From NCBI RefSeq assembly GCF_947568905.1, contig NC_079168.1, positions 28,582,001 to 28,646,000 on the forward strand: DNA of 64,000 nucleotides, written 5' to 3'. Shown here piece by piece: positions 51,818 to 64,000 of this stretch. Source of the DNA: Ostrea edulis. Lineage: Eukaryota. The notes beneath the pieces were generated by a model that was not told where the DNA came from, did no database searches, and worked only from the letters and a program-made list of their open reading frames with translations. Within the stretch, counting starts at the first letter, position 1; each line of letters opens with the position of its first letter. The translations under genes were made by a program, and so were the position numbers.

Positions 51818-53582
51818 TGTATAATAATACCAGGTATTGTGTTGCCAGATTTGTATCATGTATCATTGGATTAAGGTATTGTGTAGCCAGATGGAACTCA
51901 AAAGTTACTATCTTGACTCGATAGTGTCTCCTACTGAATTTAAACTTTACGATCCAGATCAAATACAAGGATGATTTGTAATTCTAAGGTTAAAGGTCAA
52001 AGCTACAAATATTTCATATATATCAGAACAACTCTAGCAATAGGTCTTGTTAAAGAAAATTTGTTTTAAAATACATTGATCACTGATCTTTATCTTCATC
52101 TTAACTTCAACCTAGAATACTACGTTTCTGTTGGAAAGAATGCGTATCGATCACGTACATGTATTGTAGTACTTCTGTTCAAGGACAGCAACTTGTTTTG
52201 CACATTTGATATCAAATTATCTACAAAATTGTCTATAGATCGCCAACTTAGAAAATGAAAGTAGACACCCCCTTGAAAAACTCGACACACTTAAGACAGT
52301 TATGTGAAGTTATGTATTTGAACACTCAAACTTTTTCTTCGAACTACAGCACATAAAACTGACCAATATTCACGTGATCTAATAAATCAACATCAATTTC
52401 TCAGGCGAAAATCAGGCCTGGATTTCTCAAAGAAACTTAAGTCGAGAGTTGGACCCAAGTTTGATATTTTACTCAAATTATCACTGCTCAAATAAAAGAA
52501 AAGTTAGATTTCAACGAGAAATCCAAGGAAGTGAAATCCGATCTACCCTCTTATTGCAACATTTGTAAGGGCATTAACTTTGAACGTGAAACGAAAGAAT
52601 CTGAATATCGGATTTTCCTTCTCGGCAATTTCTTTTTCAACTTCATGATTTAATACAACTTTCTCATTCTGCATATATATATAGGGGTGAAAGGTCAAGC
52701 AATTCTTAAAATGCCCGCGGCTTTGTAAAAAACCCTTATATAGTTTTGCCTATTCTTACAGTTAGCTCGGTATGATAGATTTTGTCTTTTTTATGCATTC
52801 GTTGTTCTGTGTTTTAGTTTGCTTTACATGTAAAGCGCTTCCGGGTAAGTGTGTTAATTAGATATATAAATGTACAATGATAGAAATAAAAGGACTTTTC
52901 AAACGTTTTGAATTGTGAAAATCAAGGAAGGAAGTCGTCACCACGTGACCGGGAATTCATTCTTTGGACGAACGTATGACTTTACCAGGAATCAGTCTCT
53001 TTATGGTATTTAAGTTATTTTTAAAAATCTATTTCTATATACTAAAAATTGTTATAAGTATGTTTGCATCGTAAAATATCGATTTAGGTCGCATTTGTCC
53101 GTCGGTATGCAAATCAATAAAATCCTTTCTGGGACCTTACCGTATCCTGAAATCTTAAAATACGCCCCTCCCTATGGACAAATGATATCACTACAATTAT
53201 ACAACACTAAACGAAGTTTCTCCAATACACATATAAATTTGTAATTTTTCAACTTAACGTTTTTGAAAACTGTTTCCGCAACAATTAGGTCTTATTCAGA
53301 TTATTGTTGCTAATTGGAGTCGGATTGCAGATAGGTTAAAAAAAAATACAATTTTCAGTACTCACGATTGCTGTTTTCGTTTGTTGTAGTGATGCACAAA
53401 ATATTGATCACTAAACCTGTTTCATCAAATATTGATCGCAATATCAATGTCATGTATGTAGCATATGGTGCAAGTTAGAGAATTTATTAGAGTTGGTTAT
53501 CTTACTATTTGCTCAGCTTGTAGTATGTTACATTCACTTTTTATCACTACTAATCGGTATGATAGACAGTAGTAAAAGAAGA

Positions 53583-54448
53583 TACGGATGAAATGATGGA
53601 AAGAACGAACAGTGATCAATCTCATTACTTCTATTAGGAATGCAAAATTAAGGGTTGGGCAAATACCGCTCCCTAGATATACCAGAGGTGGGGTCAGGTA
53701 ACCAAGAGGAGCAATTATCCCCTGTCGACCGGTCACACACGCCGTGAATCCTATATTTTGAACAGGTAAATAAAGTAATCTGTAGTCAAAATCAGAGTGT
53801 AAAAACGACCTAACAATTGGTATGAAACATGTCAGACATTATTTGACCCAATGACAGGTTGTATTAGCAAACTAGATCATTATAACGACCATGGAATTTG
53901 CGAAACGCTGCCTCTAGACTAGACCGTTGAAACCCCTGTGACATCAACTTGTTTGTTAGTAGCCTGTCTCGATTTGAAAACTCATCACACGGAGAACAAG
54001 CTCTTGTGTATCGAATCAGTAGAGAAACATAAACATTATATACAGGTGATAATGGAATAATGCTACATGAATATGAGAAGTTGACGATGGAGAAGTTGAA
54101 ATCATCCCGTTTGTCATAAAGTTGAGTTGTTAATTTGCCGTTACCATCTATGTTCAATAGAATATCTAAGAACGAAACAGATATGGAAGACTCTGTGGTG
54201 TCTTTTATTTCGAATTTAATGGGATACATCGAATCAACAGAGATAGATTCGTAATGACTGTCACTTCCTTGTTGTCACATAAGTAGAGATACTACACCGA
54301 GAAATTGTATGCAGGGAATGTTTACTCCTAGGCACCTGATCCCACTTCTGGTGTGTCCAGGGGTCCGTGTTTGCCCATGCAACTATCTATTTTGTATTGT
54401 TTATAGGAGTTATGAGATTGATCACTGTTCGTTATCTTCACCTTTCAT
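53583..54448. mobile_element. Naiad-like fragment (-) with a divergent inverted 3' module (+)
   Basis: Minus-strand RT ORF at 53864-54229 (LTTQLYDKRDDFNFSIVNF); plus-strand module at ~54318-54448. Confidence 0.85.
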
Positions 54449-55224
54449 TAACATAAGATTTGAATGTTAAGTCTATATAATGTAATGTAATCTCATAACT
54501 GTAAAAAATGATTCTGAATCAAATTATGGTTTTAAAAAGCATCCATATCAGAAAAATCTAATTCCTATAGTATTTACTGGATCAATACTGATCAAATTGG
54601 TGCAAACAAGTTACATATCTATTACTGAACTCTATCCAGTTGACAATTTTTGTGTCAATTCAAATTTTGAAAGAGTTTGGCAAGGACTATAATTTGTTGC
54701 GGAAGGATTGGGATGAAACTTTTACATACAAATATATAGAGAAAATTTTTGAAAATCTTTTCTCAAGAACCACTTGGCCAGGAAAGCAAAAATTTACATG
54801 ACAGCTTCCTGGCAGAGTGGCCTCCGGGGTAGGGTGGGGCCGCAATAGTTTAGCTTTCTGTTGCCTTCTCTGTACGCTTAATCTTTGACGCGCGAAATGT
54901 TCTGAACTGTATGCTCTCGTCTGCCTCTACTCTCCTTTTTTCTGCTTTCAATTCAAGTTACTAATTGTATGATAAATATGCCCAAGTCTTGTTGCAAACC
55001 TTTCAAGTTTGTAAAACTGTGTGAACTGCTCTGACTTTGAACAGAAATCGCATTTCAATATAATGATAATTTTAAATAAATCGATAAATTCAACACTATT
55101 TCACATATATGCGCGGATCCCATCTAGTATGCACACTTATTTAATTAAAAAGAAATGAAATTCATCTAACAATCCCCGTGTAGCAATGACATGTTTCAGA
55201 AGAGAAAATTAGAACAATATCTGA

Positions 55225-55403
55225 TCAGGATATACATATGGGGCTCACGGCGGGTGTGACCAGTCGACAGGGGATGGTTACTCCTCCTAGGCACCTGATT
55301 CCACCTCTGGTGTGTCCAGACGTCCGTGTTTGCCAAACTATCTATTTTGTATTGCTTATAGGAGTTATGAGATTGATCACTGTTCTTTATCTTCACCTTT
55401 CAT
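55225..55403 (+). mobile_element. Naiad-like 3' module
   Basis: ctgatcaggatata...ggcgggtgtgaccagtcgacagggg...atcttcacctttcat. Confidence 0.85.
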
Positions 55404-56000
55404 TGTACATAATCCTAGTTGTAACACAATGATGAAATATTTCAGCATTTGCACATAATTATTGAATAAATTGCAACCTATTTGAGCCCCTCTCCACTGT
55501 TGTTGTAAGGATCGATACGTTATGATTTATTTCAAACTAGAGCTAATCAATGATTTTTTAGTCGTTAATAGGAAGTGCATGTTTGGTTATCATGGGAGTG
55601 GTGTGTCATCGTGGTTTGCATTACCGAAAATAGATTTATGCAGTTGTTATTTTTGACGCGGAAAAAACAAAGATTTAAAAAAAAAAGGTTCTCGATCCGG
55701 CCAGATTCCATCGAGTTTTTGATGCAAATTTTTAATTAGCTTAGATTCAGTATATGTGCTCCTTTTTCTCTTGTTAGAACAATCAATTCTTTTTGAGACT
55801 TTAGTATTTTATTTTCATCAGATTTGGAGTTTGCAATTTGTATTCGATGCCATATTACGTATGCCTAATGTTTACGTATATTATACCGGTAGCATGACTT
55901 ATACAAATGGAAATAACAAGTATTTAGATCCTCCACTGTCAGTCTTATTATGACGTACGTCAAAGCGTAGATATGACGTCAGACATCATCTTACCTGCCT

Positions 56001-56400
56001 CAAACTTCCGCCAGAGTTCGTTTGCTTACAAACCAAACTCTTCCAGTTAGGCATTATGGGATAGCGATTTCTTAGGCCGCGAATACTGTGTGACGTCACT
56101 GTAGAATATGACGAAAAACATAACGTCAAACGTAAACAACTTTCAAAACAACAACGTAAATATCAAGTTCATTACTTTACACAATAATATGAGCAGAGTC
56201 TTTCTACTTTTTAATGATATTTTGATCATTTTATGTTTAAAATAAAATCGATGCTTTTATATTACTACGAACTACTTCTTTAGTGTTATTTGCTTGCGTG
56301 ATAATCGCGGACTCACAATATTCAAATCTGTATATTGTACTGCGTCACATAGGAGAGGTCTATTCGTAGGTGACGTAATGAGGCCTCGACGGGGAGTTTG
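56001..56400. mobile_element. Second copy of the 38405-38824 MITE
   Basis: Same termini and internal sequence; partial TSD (cctgcct on both sides). Confidence 0.85.
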
Positions 56401-57215
56401 ACCCTGCCTTTCATAAACATTGCATTTTATCAAACGTTACGCATAATGGTGGGCTGAGTTTTCGAGCTAGGAGACCACAAGATTAAGATGATAATCCATG
56501 TAAGTTCACAATCATTTTCCAAGATGTGACTGCGAGATCTCAGCCATTTTTGACAAGGGAGTTATGGGATTTTCGTCAAATTTTTTCTTGTTAAAGATTT
56601 AGCTCGGATTAATTCGAACGCTTTAGTCACTAGAGCTCGCAGTAGGAGCCCCCTGCACTGGCTCGCTGCGCTCGCTATAAGATTGATTCTACAATTCTAG
56701 AGGGGTGGCATTACTTTAAAACGAAGTTTATTTGACTATTTTGAATTCAGAAAGCATTTTGCACCTTAATGATTGACGAAACTTGCATGGTTGATTTTTA
56801 ACAAAACGATCAAATAGTAGCAAATAGAATAGGAAAGTGAAAATGATAAACACCAATGTTCGTTTTGTTTTATAGAATCGTGAAAATGATAACACCAATG
56901 TTCGTTTTGTTTTATAGAATCGTAAAAATGATAAAGCAAATGTTCGTTTTGTCTTTGTGAAAATGATATAACCAGTTTTCGTTCTCATTTATAGCAACGT
57001 GAAAATGATAACATCAATGCTCATTTTGTCCCAGTTTATAGAGATTAATTCCATATTTCCAACGTACAACAAAATTTAAGACAATGACATTTCGTTTATT
57101 GTACAGCTACAAAACAGCACAGAAGTATTGTTCTGTTCTACTAACTTCTTGAATAAGAATACTTGTTACATTTAAGAATGATATGCGATCGTTACCGCTG
57201 ACAATCCAGTGTCAC

Positions 57216-58412
57216 TCATTTGCTGTTTATTATTTTTATAGATGTATTTCTCTCCTTTATACGGTTAGAAGAAGTTCTACTTGTTCCTCCCTTTGGGCTC
57301 TCCAAATTAAGAATTTCTCGCAATCCTTTATTTCGGCACCGCAGCATATCCAAAAGGGCGACACGAAATTGTGTGCTCATCATGAAGAATATCCAGAAAT
57401 TGCAGTCATAGCTGATTAAGGATAGTGTGTCAGATATGGTGTCCCAGAGAATATCAGCCTCCTTAGATAAATTTTTTTGGTCTGTTGCAAGCTCGTATGC
57501 ATAAATCAGGAATGCGATTCCATCCTGGACTTCGGAGACGAGGAATACAATGAGAATGATTATCACTAGTTTATTCACTCTCTTGAACTGTTCTTTCTTG
57601 TAAGAATCTGAGCTTTTGAAACTGGTGATGCGCTTGTGCAGTAAATATGCGAGAGATATAGTGGTTATCAGTAACACGATCACTGGCAATAGACGAGACA
57701 GAAATCCAGAGAAGATGTAAAACAGCATCATGGATTTTTTTATATCCCCAACGACGTTTATTAAGGATTTGGAAATTTCCCTTGTGCAACCGGACGGTAA
57801 AGTTTCATTGCGGAACCTTGTGGAGTAAATCGGCAGTTCTTTGATATCAATACCCAGTGCTTCGTAGAGGTATACAAACACAGAAATGACAGCGATGCAA
57901 GCTATTTTGATCACTGTAGTTGAGGTACTACAGATCCTCGAGTAATAGAACGGCATGCAAACAGCGAGAAGACGCTGCAGTCCCAACAAGGCCGTCAACC
58001 AGTTGGATGTCATACGGAATATGCTATACATCACGAATAAAGCATGGTTTGTTACACACCAGCTGTAGTTCATATAAAGATTTTTATAATTTTGAGCCAT
58101 GTTGAAATATATTGCTTCCGGTAGCCTTGTTATGCAGATCAAGGAGTCAGAAACTGCTAATGAAGTCAGAACAATGGTGGTTGGAGAACGATTGCTTCTG
58201 AAGATGAAAACAAATATCAACAAGAAATTCGTTATCAGCGTCGTCGTCGCGATGCAGAAAGTGATGGGTCCTCGGATTGGTATCTCCCAGTCTGCTTTGA
58301 CTTCGTATTTAAAAGCATAATAGTCTGAATAGTAGTCATAGCTGTAATCTGGGTAGTGTCCAGAAAAATTCCCCGAGTACTCACCGTACTGATCAGCATA
58401 ATCGTACTCCAT
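57216..58412 (-). CDS. Intronless class A (rhodopsin-like) GPCR, FMRFamide/sex-peptide-receptor-like, 398 aa
   Basis: Seven hydrophobic segments; TM2 LAVSD, TM3 start C, SNWLT.LL..QRLLAVC.P, TM5 P, TM6 FLVSE, TM7 NFWIF.MMS.QFR; intact ORF. Confidence 0.92.
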   Translation of the reverse strand: MEYDYADQYGEYSGNFSGHYPDYSYDYYSDYYAFKYEVKADWEIPIRGPITFCIATTTLITNFLLIFVFIFRSNRSPTTIVLTSLAVSDSLICITRLPEAIYFNMAQNYKNLYMNYSWCVTNHALFVMYSIFRMTSNWLTALLGLQRLLAVCMPFYYSRICSTSTTVIKIACIAVISVFVYLYEALGIDIKELPIYSTRFRNETLPSGCTREISKSLINVVGDIKKSMMLFYIFSGFLSRLLPVIVLLITTISLAYLLHKRITSFKSSDSYKKEQFKRVNKLVIIILIVFLVSEVQDGIAFLIYAYELATDQKNLSKEADILWDTISDTLSLISYDCNFWIFFMMSTQFRVALLDMLRCRNKGLREILNLESPKGGTSRTSSNRIKERNTSIKIINSK

Positions 58413-58794
58413 TGTTAGATTTTATGTATTTTCCTAAAACTTCAGCTACACAATCCCTCTCCCTATTTACCGTTTGATCACTTTGACAGTCTCTAGAGTG
58501 TGTGCGGAAGTAACTGGGGTTTGGAGTCATATCATATAATTTTTAGCAAGTGTATGTATCAATTCTGCACATTTTGGCTACTTCACAATCTAAAGTAAAT
58601 GCTGAAGCATGCTTCCGTTTTCCGAAAAGTGGTATTTTAAGAATATCTGTTTCATGTGCTCTTAAATATCGGTGGCACTGATAAAAAATGTTGACTCTAC
58701 GATCTGATGCACAATTGCAGCTCTTTTCTTTTGTTATTAGTAGGTATGAAAACAAATTATTTGTGTGTAATGAGCATTTATTACAAATGTCAGA

Positions 58795-58968
58795 TGAAGA
58801 TATAGGGCTCACGGCGGATGTAACCGGTCGACAGGGGATGCTTACTCATTCTAGGTACCTGATCCCACCTCTGGTGTGTCCAGGGGTCCGTGTTTGCCAA
58901 TCTATTTATTTTGTATTGCTTATAGGAGTTATGATATTGATCGCTGTTTGTTATATTCACCTTTCATG
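58795..58968 (+). mobile_element. Naiad-like 3' module ~380 bp upstream of the GPCR start
   Basis: Same consensus as the other modules. Confidence 0.85.
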
Positions 58969-59423
58969 TATAGTATTTGTGGAGATATTGTTGTTATAAA
59001 TGTCGCTTGAATTTTTTTTAGGAATAACTTTACAGCAGTCAAAATTATCACACATGCAGTAATTCGTTATTTTCATTGTGTTGTACTGATGTACTGTTAT
59101 GAAGCATACTTTTTGGGTGGTGCTAGCAATACTTTCAGGTTCAGTTTCCCGGTTGGGATATTTTTGGTACCCCACCTTCCGCTGCATTGATGTAATTGTA
59201 CTTTGCTTGTTTAACTTCATTAAAGTAAGAAATGCTCATTACATACAAATAAGTAAAGAGGATGCCCCCCCCCCCCTATTTTAATATAGATCAGGATATG
59301 CATCAAAGTAAACAGTTAAGGTTAAGGGACAATCGATGGAGATTATCTTTACTAATATAGATTACACTGACGATGGAATAAAGAAATTAAGAAACTAGCC
59401 AGCTTTGTTATACATCTATTATG

Positions 59424-59618
59424 NNNNNNNNNNNNNNNNNNNNNNNNNNNNNNNNNNNNNNNNNNNNNNNNNNNNNNNNNNNNNNNNNNNNNNNNNNNNN
59501 NNNNNNNNNNNNNNNNNNNNNNNNNNNNNNNNNNNNNNNNNNNNNNNNNNNNNNNNNNNNNNNNNNNNNNNNNNNNNNNNNNNNNNNNNNNNNNNNNNNN
59601 NNNNNNNNNNNNNNNNNN
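59424..59618. other. Assembly gap (N-run)
   Basis: Run of N. Confidence 1.
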
Positions 59619-60863
59619 CAGTGATCCTCCTACAAGCAATACAAAATAGATAGTTGGGCAAACACGGACCCCTGGACACACTAGAGGTGGGATCAGGTGC
59701 CTAGGAGGAGTAAGCATCCCCTGTTGACCGGTCACACCCGCCATGAGCCCTATATCCTGATCAGGTAAACGGAGTTATCCGCAGTCAAAATCAGTGTGCC
59801 AAGAATGGCTTAACAATCGGTATGAAACATGTCATTAAGCATTTGACCCAATGCGAGGTTGTATTGACGAACTAGATCGTTATAACGACCATAGGATTTG
59901 CGAAATGCTGACTTCAATCGAGATTGTTGAAACCCCTTTACCATCAACTTGTTTGTCAGTAGTTTACCTCGATTTAAAAACTGACTATACGCAGAACAAG
60001 CTCTTGCATATCGAATCAGTTGAGATATATAAACACCATATGCAGGTGATAATGGAATATTGCTACACAAATATGGGAAGTTGACGGTGGAGAAGTTGAA
60101 ATCATCCCGTTTGTCATACAGTTGAGTTGTTAGTTGGCCGTTAATGTCCACTTTCAATAAAATATCTAAGCATGAAACAGAAGTGGACGACTCTGTGGTT
60201 TCCTTTATTTCGAGCTCACCGGGATACATCAAATCGACATATGAATGAAAGCTATTATTGTTAATAGACAAAACGTCATCGATATATCTAAATGTCGAAT
60301 TGAAGGCCACAGCGAGAGATTTTTCTTCTCGCGTAGAAGTTTTTGAATAAATTCTGCTTCATATGAATATAGAAAAAGGTCAGCTAACAAAGGAACACAA
60401 TTCGTGCCCATGGGAATTCCAACAAACTGTTGGAAGACCTGATCACCAAAGACCACGAAGATATTGTCAATGAGGAACTCTACCATATTTTTTTTTTCAA
60501 CTTCAGAGTACTTGTGCGTGGAATCAGAGTGGTGTTTAACAAAGTAAGTTTTTGAATGACTGATCACTAGATATGAATATTTCCGTTTTCCAATTTTGTT
60601 GAAGAAGCAACTGTCTATGATGTCAAAAAGTCTAGTCCTTAATTTATCGTGAGGAATGGTCGTGTATAGTGTTTAAAAGTAATAGGTTTTAATGTTATTG
60701 ATTTGGAAAAATTCTGCGATTTCAAGTTTACTAAAAGTTCTTTAGAATTGTTTAGATTCCACATTTGATTAACACCACTTCTGGCATATGTAGTCGCACA
60801 GTAAGTTTGAAGTTTCTCCTTCACAGCTGTTAATATTTTTCTGAGGAGCAAAGATAGGGTCTT

Positions 60864-60866
<3 letters not shown>
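59619..60866 (-). mobile_element. Longest Naiad-like PLE copy (5'-truncated, frameshifted RT, no C-terminal endonuclease)
   Basis: YARSGVNQMW..NSKELL; GIPMGTNCVPLLADLFL; FRYIDDVLSINN; LYDKRDDFNF; stop after MFHTDC, then 3' module; the 5' junction is a (TA)n tract. Confidence 0.92.
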
Positions 60867-60909
<43 letters not shown>

Positions 60910-60951
60910 AACGACAAAGCACTAAAATGACCAACGACACGAACAACGAGA

Positions 60952-60992
60952 TTGTCAAATTTTCGGGACGACCCGTCCCTTCTTCAGGACAA
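60952..60992 (-). ncRNA. Minimal type I hammerhead at a Penelope-like pseudo-LTR end
   Basis: TTGTC-CTGAAGA-A-GGGAC-GGGTC-GTCCC-GAAA-ATTT-GACAA; downstream gttcgtgtcgttggtcattttagtgc matches 10457-10490. Confidence 0.7.
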
Positions 60993-61600
60993 ACGAAAAG
61001 AATTACATAATGTGGTCAATATGAACAGAGCATAATAACAAAAACTAAATATAAATACATCTAGCACTACAACTACACTAATCTACAAACGTATTTAGAA
61101 CGCAGACTACATGTTTTTGGTCTTTAGGCTTGCCAATCAATGTTAAAAGTGGAGCGAATTAGGACATGCCTTATTCGTCCAAAGAGCTGATCCAAAATGT
61201 CCGAAAAGAAAAACAATAAACTTAATTAATCTCAAGTGGAACGAGTTAACCCAATTACGTTGACAAATAGTAAAGCTAACTCGTACCCAGAGAGATTCTA
61301 TTTTAACCATGCATAATTTATAAAAGATAATAATAAGTAACAAATACAAACAAATAAATAAATAAAAAATAAATAAATAAATGAAAATAAGCTATGTAAA
61401 CGAAGTAAGAAATGAACAAAGTTTGAGAGAAAGATAATGTAAACAACAAGTTTGAATAAGTTAACAAAATGGACCAACTCCAAACAAAAACAAAGAATAA
61501 GCAGCCCAGGAAATAGAATCAACATCAGACATTCCCGTGTTGATCATGTCTAGGGTAGATGTGCAAAAAACATAGAATCACGGAAACTGATAAATGGGTG

Positions 61601-61654
<54 letters not shown>

Positions 61655-62734
61655 TATGTATATAAAAGCATAAAAATGAAACAACACCCCACTTTCTTAA
61701 AGTGTCGGATCTAATAAGATACAAGGCAAACAAAGAAATCCATCAGAGCACGGAAAAGGCCACAACACTGTTGACTATTTTTATCTTTACCAAGAGACTT
61801 CTATTTTACATAATCAATTCTCACACACCACATACCACGTAAACACGACAAATGATTCACCGATGTACTAAATTGAAAAAAAAATGCTTCCGTTGCAAAC
61901 GTGTCTACAGATGATGGTGTAGAGAGTTTGTACCATCATCCGGTCGGCATGAAAATAGAATTTTTTTTTTCAAAATTATAAAAATCACACAGAGTTAGAG
62001 AGAAAACTTTCAAAACAATGTGATTGTGAAATGAAATGGTGGGAAGATAATTATTTGGAGTGATTAAGTTAAAAAGAAATTGGGATTAATGTTTTTCATT
62101 TTTCGTGGTGTGTGGGGTGTGATATTTGTTTATGTAACATATGTCTCCTGATAAAGACGCGGGTTGCGTCGAAAATTTGAGGTTTAGATAATAAAATAAA
62201 ACTAAAAATAGAATAAGATATCATAACTTTAATGCTTGAAATAATCCTAAAATAATTCTAGTCCTATTGTGTTTTCATGACACCATTATTGTACATTAGA
62301 GATAAGACATTGTAAAATCAATCCACGTGAAATGTTCCTGATTCAGGTGCAATGATTCAGGTGCCGGTTTTAAATTGTTTCTGATTCAGGTGCAATGATT
62401 CAGGTGCAGGTGTTAAACTGTTCCAAGGACTGTTATCTCTCTCGTTGTCGCTGAAGCCACATCAGAGATGGTGCCAATATCTTAAGGAATTCTTTCATTG
62501 GATACCACGTCAAAAATACCAACATTTTCACCAGTTCAAGAAGTAGATGATATGCTAATTTGGAAGGCCACAAGCTCTCCATGTTCGCCATACACTGCTA
62601 TATACACTCAAAAAGAGAAAAATACTTAATGTCTGATTACAATGTTTTCATAATCTACAGCAACAAATGTAAACTTTGCAGTATTAAAAAAAAGTCAGTA
62701 GCCTGCCTCGATTTAAGAACTGACCATACGTAGA

Positions 62735-63440
62735 ACAAGCTCTTACGTATCGAATCAGTTGAGATATATAAACATCATATGAGTTCATACCGATTGTTAA
62801 GCCATTCTTGGCACACTGATTTTGGCTGCGGATAACTTCGTTTACCTGAACAGGATATATGGCTCATGGCGGGTGTGACCGGTCGACAGGGAATGCTTAC
62901 TCCTCCAAGGCACCTGATCACACCTCTGGTGTGATCTATTTTGTATTGCTTGTAGGAGTTATGAAATTGATCACTGTTCGTTATCTTCACTTTTCATGAA
63001 AGTGATAATGGAATATTTCTACATAAATATTGGATGTTGACGATGGAGAAGCTGTAATTATCCCGTTTTTCATAAAGTTGAGTTTTTAGTTTGCTGTTAT
63101 TATCTATTTTCAATAAAATATCGAAGTATAAAGGAGAAGTAGATGACTTTGTGGTGTCTTTTATTTCGAATTCAAGGGATATATCGAATCGACATATATT
63201 TGAAAATTACTATTGTTAATAGATAATACGTCGTCGATATATCTATATGTCGAATTGAAGGCCACAGCAGGAATTTTTTTCTCACGTGTAGAAGTTTTTG
63301 AATAAATTCTTCTTCATAATATAAAAACAGGTCAGCTAAGAAAGGGGCACAATTTGCACCAAGAGAATTCTAACAGACTGTTGGAAGACCTGATCATCAC
63401 GAAGATACTGTCAATGAAGAACTTCAGCATATTCTTAATT
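62735..63440. mobile_element. Minus-strand Naiad-like RT fragment containing a nested plus-strand 3' module (~62783-62997)
   Basis: The host reads gagatatataaacatcatatg | insert | aaagtgataatggaata, which is contiguous in the 60020-60060 copy. Confidence 0.75.
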
Positions 63441-64000
63441 AAGGTCTTCCGTAACAACGGAATACCTTCTACTGATTGTGCTGGTTAAGATTATATTCTT
63501 ATTATTCTTTTTCCCCCTTTTTCCTAGACGCTAACTTTGAAGCCTCATATCTCGCTCATTTCTGCATGGATTTTGCTCAAATTTTCAGGGTTTATAAACT
63601 TTACAGAACAATTTTAAAATCATGTACTACATTTCAGAAATCCTCTTCTGTTCACGAGTTATTCCCCTTTGAATGAAATTTTAGGGGCTTTGGTTTCCAG
63701 AAAAAGGCTCCGAGACTGTATAAGCTTGAGCAGAAAATGCATTGAAAATGAAAAGTAGGAGCATTGTAGTTGTGCACATCGTTTTTTGTTTTTTGATTAC
63801 AGCGTTCGAAATGGTGGTTAACAGGATTCAAAAATTAGGACGCCTAAAGGAACAAAAAATTACACATATTTTCCTTTGTATCTTTTAAACTAAAAATATT
63901 TTGTTAAGACGTGTAGAACAAAAGTTGTGCAAAATAGAGCTTTCTTTTGATATCCCTAAAAAGGGGCTGGCCGCTTAAATTAGGGATCTGGGGATCTTCA

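Noticed and set aside
59810-60866. Selenocysteine read-through as reported for some clam Naiads
   Set aside because: The interruptions here are frameshifts; I saw no conserved in-frame TGA or SECIS-like element.

Overview
AT-rich, repeat-dense eukaryotic DNA. The repeat families (pearl/HINE-like elements, Naiad- and Neptune-type Penelope-like elements, bivalve-type SINEs) suggest a bivalve mollusc, probably an oyster; this is an inference. There are two N-gaps (24468-24663, 59424-59618). The main host feature is a tandem, same-strand cluster (about 16.5-42.4 kb) of five open paralogues plus one relic. They encode small single-pass membrane proteins with a Thr-rich N-terminus lacking a signal peptide, one TM helix, a Cys-rich juxtamembrane region and a C-terminal tail of PPxY motifs. 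Each open copy has a probable short non-coding first exon and a coding exon that starts at or within 10 nt of the splice acceptor. One paralogue has amplified its PPxY module five times and one looks like a mosaic of its neighbours. An intronless class A peptide-receptor-like GPCR lies at 57216-58412 (-). Mobile DNA includes a complete 393-bp LTR-PBS-PPT-LTR mini-retrotransposon with tRNA-derived LTRs (Helenus/TRIM-like), a 351-bp tandem unit with hammerhead ribozyme motifs (retrozyme/pLTR-like), further minimal hammerheads at Penelope-like ends, about 15 Naiad-like fragments, a PIF/Harbinger deletion derivative, MITEs and more than ten unrelated minisatellites. The long ORFs in the minisatellites are artefacts. 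No database searches could be run, so all family names come from motif recognition.
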